Source: Paraphysomonas bandaiensis
Taxonomy: Eukaryota; Protista; Chrysophyceae
Direction: 5' to 3'
Length of the DNA stretch: 64,000 nucleotides
Assembly (NCBI GenBank): GCA_965644295.1
Contig: CBFFRP010000015.1
Coordinates: 55,926 to 119,925, forward strand
The first letter of the stretch is position 1. Each line of letters opens with the position of its first letter. This document shows positions 27,601 through 38,179 of this stretch, piece after piece. The position numbers and the translations under genes are program-made. The notes under the pieces are model-generated. The model made no database searches. It worked only from the letters and a program-made list of their open reading frames with translations, and was not told the origin of the DNA.

Positions 27601-28818
27601 TTGCATATGGTCAAGTAGTAAATAAGATCGCACGATTCCTTCATATTCTGGTGCTGCGAAACGTCTGGAAGCCAACCGGAAGAGGGCTTTATCGGTTTTG
27701 TGTCGTAGTGCGGGCAGCATACGTTGGACCCCCTCTCCATAGCCTTGAACACTCTTCAGACAGTAGTAACTGTCATCCTGCATTGTCATCAAGACTCGAT
27801 AGCTGCTCTCTGCAGCACGCCCAACATCTCCAATTTTAACACTCTGTAACATTTGTTCATACAGACCACGTACAAACTGAAGCCTCTGCAGCGAGGAATA
27901 CACTTGAGTCAGGTTCTCCTTACGCCGTTGAAGCCGTGTTATACCTAATGTACCCGTAACAATCAACTGTTTGCCAGATTCCAGTTTGCGGCGACTATTT
28001 GTAAGCTGAATGCCAGTGCGCGCGAGGTCCATGTCAATGGCGTGCACATCCCGCATGCACGACATGAGATCACTGTAGTTAAGAGAAATCATGTCAGCCA
28101 GCTGGCTGAGAACCATATCCTTATCAGTATCTGTCTCCTCAATCGTTGCCATGAATCTGTCCGTGAGCCCTTCATCCTCCCACTGCGATATCTCCATTAA
28201 CTGCTTCTCAGTGGGGTCGAAGTCAGGGGAGAAGAATCCTTCATGTAGACCCGCTATAACCTCCTCAGGAGTCTTACTCGCTTTGATACCCATGTATTCA
28301 ACACCTGAGGCGAGGGCTTTTTGCCAAGCTTCCTTTTCTGTTCCATCTGCTCCACCATGATTACTCCCACTTCCTTCTGAAGAAGTGCTGCGGGACATAT
28401 AATTTGAACCTCTGATTACTTTTGTTAAGACAATATTTTGTAAATACAACGCGGGCCGTACCCAATAGACTTGCGTCGAGTTAATCCTGCCGCTGCATCT
28501 CTGCATCGCTCCTCCAATATATCCTATACATATATTAATCCTTTCCTCTAATAATCCATTAGACTCACTGGGTCTTGATATAAATTCTTCATAATATCAT
28601 CGAGAGAGGGGTCACCCGCTCTGTTTAGTCTGTATATATCTAATTAACGTGACAAACAGACTATTGTCCCCTTACCCCAACCGAGTGGCCCATCCTCCAT
28701 CAGTGGCATATGTTGCATCTGATATCACACTGGCATTATCATCCCCGTGATGTCCTGCTTCTTTAATAGAGGGGGATTTTTTAGAGGTAAAATTGAGGAA
28801 ACTGCTCTTCATCGCCAT
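24617..28818 (-). CDS. VPS50: Syndetin / VPS50 (EARP complex subunit), multi-exon
   Basis: Vps54_N-like N-terminal coiled coil; LESEPWRSVP; IFNGLCQLFDFYLCAVF; LNERVVAAES; C-terminal LEGLSRVRKCSTEGRASMTMD and YVDMYIKALYL, characteristic of syndetin. Confidence 0.88.
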
Positions 28819-28976
28819 AATGATAACAGAGGCAGCTCTGTACTGTCACTGCAGATACAATACGGCAATGAGAGGTTATTAATGTAGAAACAAGTAAGAT
28901 ATATACTATATTAATGATAAGAGGTGCTTATACAGTGCATGCAATATTTATCTATCCTCCCAACAAAACAAGATCC

Positions 28977-29571
28977 GTATGTATGTATGTATGTATGTAT
29001 GTATGTATGTATGTATGTATGTATGTATGTATGTATGTATGTATGTATGTATGTATGTATGTATGTATGTATGTATGTATGTATGTATGTATGTATGTAT
29101 GTATGTATGTATGTATGTATGTATGTATGTATGTATGTATGTATGTATGTATGTATGTATGTATGTATGTATGTATGTATGTATGTATGTATGTATGTAT
29201 GTATGTATGTATGTATGTATGTATGTATGTATGTATGTATGTATGTATGTATGTATGTATGTATGTATGTATGTATGTATGTATGTATGTATGTATGTAT
29301 GTATGTATGTATGTATGTATGTATGTATGTATGTATGTATGTATGTATGTATGTATGTATGTATGTATGTATGTATGTATGTATGTATGTATGTATGTAT
29401 GTATGTATGTATGTATGTATGTATGTATGTATGTATGTATGTATGTATGTATGTATGTATGTATGTATGTATGTATGTATGTATGTATGTATGTATGTAT
29501 GTATGTATGTATGTATGTATGTATGTATGTATGTATGTATGTATGTATGTATGTATGTATGTATATATATA

Positions 29572-29602
<31 letters not shown>

Positions 29603-30004
29603 TGTATGTATGTATGTATGTATGTATGTATGTATGTATGTATGTATGTATGTATGTATGTATGTATGTATGTATGTATGTATGTATGTATGTATGTATG
29701 TATGTATGTATGTATGTATGTATGTATGTATGTATGTATGTATGTATGTATGTATGTATGTATGTATGTATGTATGTATGTATGTATGTATGTATGTATG
29801 TATGTATGTATGTATGTATGTATGTATGTACGTATGTACGTATGTATGTATGTATGTATGTATGTATGTATGTATGTATGTATGTATGTATGTATGTATG
29901 TATGTATGTATGTATGTATGTATGTATGTATGTATGTATGTATGTATGTATGTATGTATGTATGTATGTATGTATGTATGTATGTATGTATGTATGTATG
30001 TATG
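28977..30004. repeat. ~1.03-kb (TATG)n microsatellite
   Basis: Nearly perfect tetranucleotide array, with one AT-only interruption at ~29563-29573 and two TACG variants at ~29829-29840. Confidence 0.98.
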
Positions 30005-30343
30005 TTGTATTTCGGTGTATTCCACAAAAAAGGACAACTATACTTCAATGATCTTTGTAGTTGTATATATGTACGATAATACAGCAGTGGCCAGCCACAC
30101 AATGATGAGTGTATTTCCCTACTCCTGTATACCCATATACCGTATGTATCCATCTCGCCGCACTGTATATGTGTCAAGGAGCATATATGAATACACACAC
30201 CCGCACATATCTAACTGAAAATTACATATAGAATTCCCCCTAAAGCCTCTATTCACCACCAAACTCTTCACTTACCTACATAAGCGAGGTACACATCCAT
30301 CCAGCACCTGACAGAGACCAAGGAAGTATTCGTCGTTATTCCA

Positions 30344-32262
30344 ATGTCTGAAACACTCCCTAAAAAGAGGTGAGAGAGGAGATAGATGTGTATATGTAGT
30401 AATGGTCTGTAGGTTAAGAAGAGAGGGTAATAGCCGATACAATGACGAGCAAGAGAAAATGAGAACCTCACCATTTGTGAAAGAGAAAGTTAATCCTATC
30501 CGGGTGTTGCCGAATATGCCAGGTAGGGAGTTGCTGTGTAGTCATCGGAGGGTTGATCTATATGGATATGTGTGTATAGGATTTAGCGCATTAACGAAAG
30601 GAGAGGCCAAGCACGATTCCATAGAGATAGAAAAGACGTCGTACTTATCTGTGGTATGTGGTGATATACTGTGTTATTTATTCGCTTATACTTCATAAGG
30701 ATGCTACTGATTCCGAGGGCGAGGAGGATTTCTCTCACGACAAGGGGTTTATACTTCGGTCCATGCGCCCTCCCTGTGCCCCAGAGTCGACACTTTCCAA
30801 GAAGAAGTGTCGATACTTTCACTGGGCTCTCCACCCTGAATCCATAGATGGAGATTTAGGACAGTATCGTGAGGGGGTGGATCGCTTGAACGGGGAGTTG
30901 GCGTTACTTGAAGGAGATAAGGACCGTTGGGAACGCGGAGTGGGCTTGGCGCGTGCAGGGCTTGCCGATCTCCATCGGGCTGTAGGTGATGGTCTTTCAG
31001 TAGTGCGAGCGGATGGACTACATCTTAGACAGGCATTGCTGCAGGAACTTGGTCTATCTGAGGGTGATTGGGACGCGGAGAGGGTCGCAGGGGCATTGTC
31101 GGGACTACAGCGTGAAGTAGGACGCGTAGTAGGATCGGAGGAAAGCATGGATGGGAGTGACGTGGCGAGCGCTTTGCTACTACTACAGCGTGCTGCGGGC
31201 ACTTTGTCGGAAGTATCGCTCGAAAAATACCGAGTAGAAGAGGAGAGTGCCGTTGTCTGTCGACAGTGGGTTCGGGGATGTGTGGAGAAAGAAGGGGATG
31301 GTACTGCTGCCAGTGTTGTTGCCGGAGCGGTTGCAGGGGTATCACCACATTCTGGTTGTAGGGAGGGCAGTGCAGAGGGGGCAGTGCTGAAGAGGTTTCC
31401 GATTCCTCAACCCACTCTGTTGGAGATGCTGAGGAATCCAGTGCTAAATCCTCCGACGATGTCTATGGACACTGCGATTCCTTCACCACCTGTCAGTAGC
31501 GGCACCAATAGCAAACCATCCCGCAAAAGGAAAGGAGGCACTACAGAGCATGTGACACCGATGCTGGCAACAGCCCGTCAGCGTACCCCGCGAGCACCTG
31601 TACCACTGTTGTTAAGTCCATTCAGCGCTCAGGAAGATGGGTTTGTTGGAGCATTTCCAGTTCCCCCTGAGCCTCCTGTCTCTGAAGTACGAGGGCCTTG
31701 TGATCCACGAGCTACAGCTCTATCTTCCTCGCAGTTGCCTGTTTTTTTGAAACAAGGTGAAGAGGGGGGGGAGCAGCTAACGAGGCTGAGGGGAGCAGTG
31801 TTGCGGTCAGAACGTATACTCGGCGCGCTGGAGAAAGAGAAGCAAGAATGGGAAGCACAGGTGGGTAAGAGTGCGGAATATATAATATCGTGATAGGGTG
31901 TACAGGTGACACAGAGTCAAGCCAGTTTGCGCAACGCACAAGATGCGCTGGAGGGGGTATTGCTGTTGAGTGAGCAGCAGAATATGCAGTTCCAAGAAGA
32001 CAACGAGAAACTGGCGGCGGCTCGGGAAGAGGGAAGACATCCTGGGAAATCTACTCCAGGAAAGGTGAAGAAATCTATGGGCAACACAGGGTCAGACGTC
32101 GACGGTTTCAATGATACAGAAGGCGTTTCTTTTTCCCAAGGGTCGATTGCTTCCACTGCTGCTGATGAAGATCCATCTCAGCCTGATGCTTCTGCAACTT
32201 CTCTTCCACCCCCTGGGAAGAAGACCGTTGCGCCACGCAGAGTAAAGCGCAGAAGCTTGTAG
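30344..32262 (+). CDS. Hypothetical coiled-coil protein (about 5 exons)
   Basis: MSETLPKKR/LRREG... start, short GT-AG introns, long coding-like ORF 30658-31893 and terminal exon ending TAG at 32262. No family recognised. Confidence 0.7.
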
Positions 32263-33244
32263 AACGATGCTGTATTCCTGGTATCTTGTTGTAACTAATG
32301 AATACATACACCTGTAACAGAAAAAGCGGCGCTTTTGTTACGATGTTATATTATCAGTCTGATACTAGTAGGCATGTTTTGGACTGGGTCATATTACATA
32401 TAATCGTAAGCTACAGTAGAGGGATGATGAATAAATAGCCTGTGAGTAAATACTGACCAGCGTCGCTCTGTATATAGAATTTGTTGTATACTCTCCTACT
32501 TACATAGTTACGCTTTTTCGTTGGTAAAAATTAAAAATAGAGGCTACAGGTACATGAAACCCTGTATTAAGTACTAAGCACTCATCATATATATTGATAA
32601 AATATTGATTGTTAGTGGTAAAGACAATCATTGTAGTGCAATACAATGAATAAGAACAAATTACTGTTTCCAAATTTTATAATCAGTTTTGATCTAGTGT
32701 CTTTATACCTTATATAATGATATTCTTTGCATATATAGAAGTATTTTTTCCTACTATTTCAATATTCTAATTTCTATCTCTTTTTTTACTTCTATGTGCT
32801 ATCTCTAGAATCAATGTGTGAAGCATATGTCTATCATCAGTTATTAGTTAGATTTATTACAACATTTGATATTCAAACTATAAATCGATGTGATCGACAA
32901 ACCTGATTAATATAATTAATTAGAAAAGTTGATTTAGGTTGAGTTTTTGATGCGTTTAGCAATAAATAATGTACATCATGCAAAGAAAACAAGTTTTCAT
33001 GACATTTAATAAATTTTATATTTTAGATACAGATGAAAGTAACGGATACATTGTATACATAATATAATATAGTGCAAATACATATAGTATAGTATGTCGA
33101 ATATTATATATGAATTCGTAAGTGTCCCCACCCAGCTACCTCACAGTCGAGTGATTAAGCGTTTATTCATAACTACCCATTTTATATCCATCGCGCATAT
33201 TATGACCATAAAGCGTTTTCTAATAAAAGCCATTTGCATAGTAC

Positions 33245-33968
33245 AACCCCTCAACAAAGTCGGACTCGCACCTTTTCGTGGTGTTCAGGGGGATAAGTAC
33301 TGGAGATATTTCTCCTCCGGGAAATAGGTATACCAGAGTACTCGACCTTGATGACCCTTCTTGTCCTGTTGCGCACTTACACACTCCTCAATCAGATTTT
33401 GCTTCTCTGCTTGTACCATCGCACTTCCTCTCGACTCCCTGTTGCTGGATACACGGGAGAACCCTCATATATCCCACTGGTGTCCAACTACACATTTCTT
33501 CCACATGTGCTCTCTGCTACTGGCTTAGACAGCAAAAGAGCCGATTCCGACGCTTCTTCACAGTAGATCAACACCTTTTGCAAGACCTACATCCATATAC
33601 CTCCGAGCCACTTACAATGCCTAAGGAAAAGTCACCAGAGATCGCAAAACTCAGAAGGGTATATTGCTACTTCCTCTTGTTGCCGTGAGGCACATGAGGT
33701 AGTGGCAGCTTTAAATTGCACAAATTGTATGTGTACTATGAAGTGTTCCCATGAGGAAGTAGTAGACTTAGATCACTGCTTTTGCTTGTCATTCTGTACG
33801 TTGTACAACGCCCCTACCTATCTATCTATGAATATTGTGAGAATGGTCGCACCTTGGTGCTTGCGGCAACGCACAAGCCGTTCTCGTCGGGTTAAATAGA
33901 AGGATTATAGTAGTTTGTATTAGCTAGTTACAGGTAGGCGTCTATCTAGCTTGACTAGTTCTCATCTA
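33245..33968 (-). repeat. Repeat family A, copy 3 (both conserved ends present, ~500-bp unrelated interior, outer arm truncated)
   Basis: 33245-33324 and 33844-33968 match copy 2 in reverse complement; 33325-33843 has no visible counterpart in the other copies. Confidence 0.72.
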
Positions 33969-34250
33969 CGTAATATTGTTATCACGAGTTTTACAAAGCC
34001 TATGTCGAGTAGGCTGATCGCTTGTTGTGATTCAAACGCACGGTGTCCTGGAACCAGCATAATGCATCCAATATCTACACATAACTTTTCAATATATATG
34101 GCATGAAACCCCCTTTTCTTTACGAAACACTGGTTTTTGCCAGTTTCTCCTATAGAAATGGGTGTTTTCATCATGTCATGTAATCTTTTTTTTGACCAAC
34201 CGTAAAGGTACGGTGTGTTGAGGAACGGCTGATCCTGTTCCAAGAAAAAG

Positions 34251-34370
34251 TATAGGTAGGTATGTATGTATGTATGTATGTATGTATGTATGTATGTATG
34301 TATGTATGTATGTATGTATGTATGTATGCATGTATGTATGTATGTATGTATGTATGTATGTATGTATGTA
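34251..34370. repeat. (TATG)n tract, left flank of the Mutator-like element
   Basis: Direct reading; ends ...tatgtatgta immediately before GGGACC. Confidence 0.95.
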
Positions 34371-34616
34371 GGGACCGGTGCCGAGTGTGAGGCACTTTAG
34401 GGGGGTTTTCACGGCTCGGTGCCAAGTGTGAGGAATTTGATGCAAATATCCAGGTTTTTGAAAATTAGTTTTAGAGAGGGGGTTTTCCGTGTACTCTGTA
34501 TATATATGTATATATAGCTACTGCTGATATATAGATATCCAAGTGTGGTCATAAGGTATGAGGTACATTATGTATATATTGAATATAGCATATACATGAT
34601 ATTAACAGTACATAGG

Positions 34617-35698
34617 ATCATAGAATCCAAATGTCAGCCAATGCATAAATATCTCACAGAAGCTGATAGGTGGCAATTGTACCTTGCTATCGAGTCGGGA
34701 CATATGCTTTATGACTGGAAGAGCGACAATATTGTCGAGCAAATATTTTCATGGTGCAGGGACGAGAGATTCATGAATCATTACATGTTTATTAAGAAGT
34801 TTGTCGCCAGAATATTCGAAGCTAATGCCGATAGATACACGGAGCTTTCAGCATTGAATACTGTACTCCATAGACAAGCTCTAGAACATTTCAATGTAAT
34901 TGTACAAATGTTAAATGTGTTCTATATTGATGCTATGATTACTCTTGTTATAACATCCTAATTAATCATTGCAAAATGTCTTGGACTTGCCAATACAGTG
35001 TGCAATGTGATTAAATCGAATGTTTGTAGAAAGTACAGAGCAAAGCGAGACATTGCCTTATGGAGGTGCACATCTTGGATCCCAGAAGTGGTCGGGGAAA
35101 CTGGAATACCTTGCAAGGATGCAGTGAACATACTGAAAGCGTTGTATCCGAATTGCACGATGCCGGACAGTCTATTTTCGGAATCTTACTTTCATAAGAA
35201 CTGTTTTACCACGTCAGTGAAAGATATGTTTACCGTCGTGCCTCAATTGTTGGGGCATATTCCATCCACTTTGGAAGTAGACAATCGCTTGCACTCAAAA
35301 GTATTTAGGCCAATCAGGGCCCCTATTTTAAATGAAGGAGGCTGCAAATCATCAAGGAGCTCGAAGCGATTCAGAAGCACCGGAGAAACTTCCAGCAGGT
35401 ATTTATATTGCCTTGCTGTGTGAGATCGGTGTTCGTAGTAACATCATGCGTATGCCTCATCTTAACCATATACAACAGTGCTTCTACACAACCGACCTCT
35501 CGGAATAGACAACAGCGACAGTGCCCCGACTGCCACCAGTGGCTCTCACGAAAAACTAAACATCCTTCGACCGCATGTCAAAGCTACTGTCGTCGGAATG
35601 GTATCGCCCCGCCTGATGTCATTCACTGTGGTTATCTTGAGGATGCCACGGAGTTTGATATCATTGAGGAGGCTGATGTATCGGATTCACCCGCATAG
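34617..35698 (+). pseudogene. C-terminal fragment of a MULE/MuDR-type transposase (spliced, degenerate)
   Basis: YDWKSDNIVEQIFSWCRDER resembles the MULE T(S/N)NxxESxN..R block carrying the catalytic E. CTSW...GIPCKDA is a decayed SWIM finger (CxC...GIPCxH). C-terminal RQCPDCHQWLSRKTKHPSTAC is a knuckle-like motif. The N-terminal DNA-binding domain and first two Asp were not found. Confidence 0.65.
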
Positions 35699-35815
35699 TA
35701 TCCGTCGTGTGAGTGCTATGTCCTAGGAGATGTACTGGTTTGTTGTTATCTAAACTTTTTTTTCTTGGCTTAGTTATGTTCTTTTGTGTTTTTAATTTGC
35801 TTTTTGGATTTCGAG

Positions 35816-36607
35816 CAGGGATAGGGAACAATATATTGCAATACTATTGTTAGATAGCGTTCCATCAATACTATTGATGGAATTTTTAAACCGGTTCTAC
35901 AATACAATTACAATATATTGCAATATATTGTCAACGTATTGCAATGTATTAGTATGACTAATCAGTAGGTAAATACATCCGTAGATTTCATTTTTAGTAT
36001 TACTCATTAAGATCACATGACAACCAAACCAACTGCTGCTTATATAGCTACTAAAAATCCACCTCGTCCTCATCCTCTGAGCCATCATCGGTGAGGTCAA
36101 CTTCACCATATTCATCCACAGAATTAATTGAAATATGTTAGTATCCGGCCATAACTGTCGAATAGCTTTCAGAAACAACAGCATATTAGGTAGGATGGAA
36201 ACTTTTGCGCAACACTGATATAATATGTTCAGCTGGGATGACCAGACGTTCCCATGTATTGGAAGTACATACCAGGGCCAGGCAACCGTTAATGACTCGT
36301 GGATCTGTACGTTTCTTAATTTTTTGAGCTGACTGGAGATTTTTAGTCGCATAGTCAACATCAGCTTCACTATCCGTTGTAGTGTTGTAATCAATTTCTC
36401 GGTTACTTATATCCATTTTGCACCCTACAGTTGAGAATCTTCTCTTATATGACTATCATAATATTGATTGCAATATATTGCAATAGTATTGTGAGCTCTT
36501 TTTAACAGAAACACTATTGATGGAATATTTGACCAGTCCACCAATCAATATATTTTACAATATATTGTACAATGAATTGCAATACAATATATTGTTCCCT
36601 ATCCCTG
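35816..36607. mobile_element. Non-autonomous hAT-type element (792 bp) nested in the Mutator-like element
   Basis: Perfect 23-bp TIR CAGGGATAGGGAACAATATATTG; perfect 8-bp TSD ATTTCGAG at 35808-35815 and 36608-36615; subterminal CAATA/TATTG repeats. An 8-bp TSD and CAGGG ends are hAT hallmarks. Confidence 0.9.
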
Positions 36608-36749
36608 ATTTCGAGTATTCAATTTCTTATTCGAATTTATTCTTACAATTAATAAAATCAATTTTCAGATAATAATGTTTTCAAAGTTAAACACCCTTGC
36701 ATGATGTTAGACTCACTTCTTGATATCATATCAACGATCAAGCACATAT

Positions 36750-37545
36750 ATGTTACATGTATATACAGGTAGGTATGATGTGCCTTAATATGGCTTGCTG
36801 TATTAGTGCAGAGTGCAGATACGACGTAGGGCAGGGGCAGCTAGAGCCGGACCGAAAGTAGGGGCAGGATCAGCGCTCTTGAATGTGGATGGGACAGGGG
36901 CAGCTAGAGCCGGACCGAAAGTAGGGGCATGATCAGCGCTCTTGAATGTGGATGGGACAGGGGAAGCAGCCCTAGTTGGAGCAGAAACTACAGTATCAAT
37001 GCTACATGCAGATATGTGTTATGAGCGATAAGTTAATCATTTTTATTAGCTTACAGCAGTATCATTCCCTTGTCTGTGAGGCTGTAGGATTCGTAGAATA
37101 CATAGAAATCTGTTCCATCTTTTTACGTACGAAGTCATGGTTCGTCTTTACTAAGACTTCCTCAGCTACTAGATTGAGGAGGATTTCTGATACACTCCCA
37201 TCAGATAGGCCAATGTTATTGGCGATACGCTCCCGCACTTTCTTGATGCCGGGAGGTTTGCCATTGAAAAGTGGTAAGTGTTTAATAATGTCCAATACTT
37301 GAACAACCAACCTCAGGTCATACGTCTATAAGAGGTGTAACAATTTAGGAAGGGATAGTAGCAATGAAGAACATACCTGTAAAACATCCATCTTTCGGTA
37401 TTGTTTGTTAATCTTACCCGCCGCTTATGAATTGTGAAGAATAGTGAGCAAGTCATGAGTGTAGTAGAACGGAGAGTGTGAACAAGTAAGTCCCTTGATG
37501 TTCTGGTCTGGTTGTCCAAAGGTCTTATGACCACACTTGGATATC
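36750..37545 (-). pseudogene. Second, convergently oriented gene or gene fragment inside the Mutator-like element (unknown product)
   Basis: Exon-like blocks separated by a GT-AG intron (~37328-37376): ...TERWMFY / YDLRLVVQVLDIIKHLPLFNGKPPGIKKVRERIANNIG... and a downstream open block IDTVVSAPTRAAS(PVPSTFKSADxAPTFGPALAA)x2. Frame continuity is not fully resolved. Confidence 0.45.
36832..36963. repeat. 63-bp tandem duplication (2 copies, 21 codons on the minus strand)
   Basis: ctagagccggaccgaaagtaggggca at 36841 and 36904; one mismatch between units. Confidence 0.9.
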
Positions 37546-37740
37546 TATATATCAGCAGTATATATACATATACAGAGTACACGGAAAACCCCCTCTCAAA
37601 AACTAATTTTCAAAAACCTGGATATTTGCATCAAATGCCTCGCACTTGGCACCGAGCCGTGAAAACCCCCTAAAATGCCTCACACTTGGCACCGAGCCGT
37701 GAAAACCCCCCTAAAGTGCCTCACACTCGGCACCGGTCCC

Positions 37741-38090
37741 TATGTATGTATGTATGTATGTATGTATGTATGTATGTATGTATGTATGTATGTATGTATG
37801 TATGTATGTATGTATGTATGTATGTATGTATGTATGTATGTATGTATGTATGTATGTATGTATGTATGTATGTATGTATGTATGTATGTATGTATGTATG
37901 TATGTATGTATGTATGTATGTATGTATGTATGTATGTATGTATGTATGTATGTATGTATGTATGTATGTATGTATGTATGTATGTATGTATGATGTATGT
38001 AGGTATGTATGTATGTATGTATGTATATATGTAGGTAGGTAGGTACGTATACATGTATATATGTAGGTACTGTAGGTAGGTAGGTATATA
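37741..38090. repeat. (TATG)n tract, right flank of the Mutator-like element, decaying into TAGG/TATA variants
   Basis: Direct reading; perfect to ~37992. Confidence 0.95.
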
Positions 38091-38179
38091 AGTATATTTA
38101 TTTGCGTTAAGGTTTCTGGTTCGTATCTTTTAGAAGTATATATACATGTATATATCGTCGTATACACAATCACTTATCC

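Larger units (their letters stand above)
34371..37740. mobile_element. Mutator (MULE)-like DNA transposon, 3,370 bp, long TIRs, inserted in a (TATG)n array; probably non-autonomous
   Basis: TIRs 34371-34555 and 37524-37740 (GGGACCGGTGCCGAGTGTGAGGCACTTTAG... / ...CTAAAGTGCCTCACACTCGGCACCGGTCCC). The identical 10-mer tatgtatgta lies on both sides. An internal MULE-like transposase fragment is present. Confidence 0.85.

Noticed and set aside
28410-28477. Possible GC-AG intron in VPS50
   Set aside because: A GT donor a few bases away gives an in-frame product; no non-canonical splice site or alternative genetic code was needed in the introns checked.
28977-30004. Telomere or interstitial telomeric repeat
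   Set aside because: TATG lacks the G-run of known telomere repeats, and genes continue normally on both sides.
28914-30218. Long ORFs of (MYVC)n and (YIHT)n in several frames
   Set aside because: Translation artefacts of the stop-free (TATG)n microsatellite. The same applies to ORFs at 34171-34445 and 37675-38173.
36832-36963. 63-bp repeat with a GAAA loop as a ribozyme or CRISPR-like unit
   Set aside because: Only two abutting copies and no CUGANGA core; it is better explained as an in-frame 21-codon duplication.
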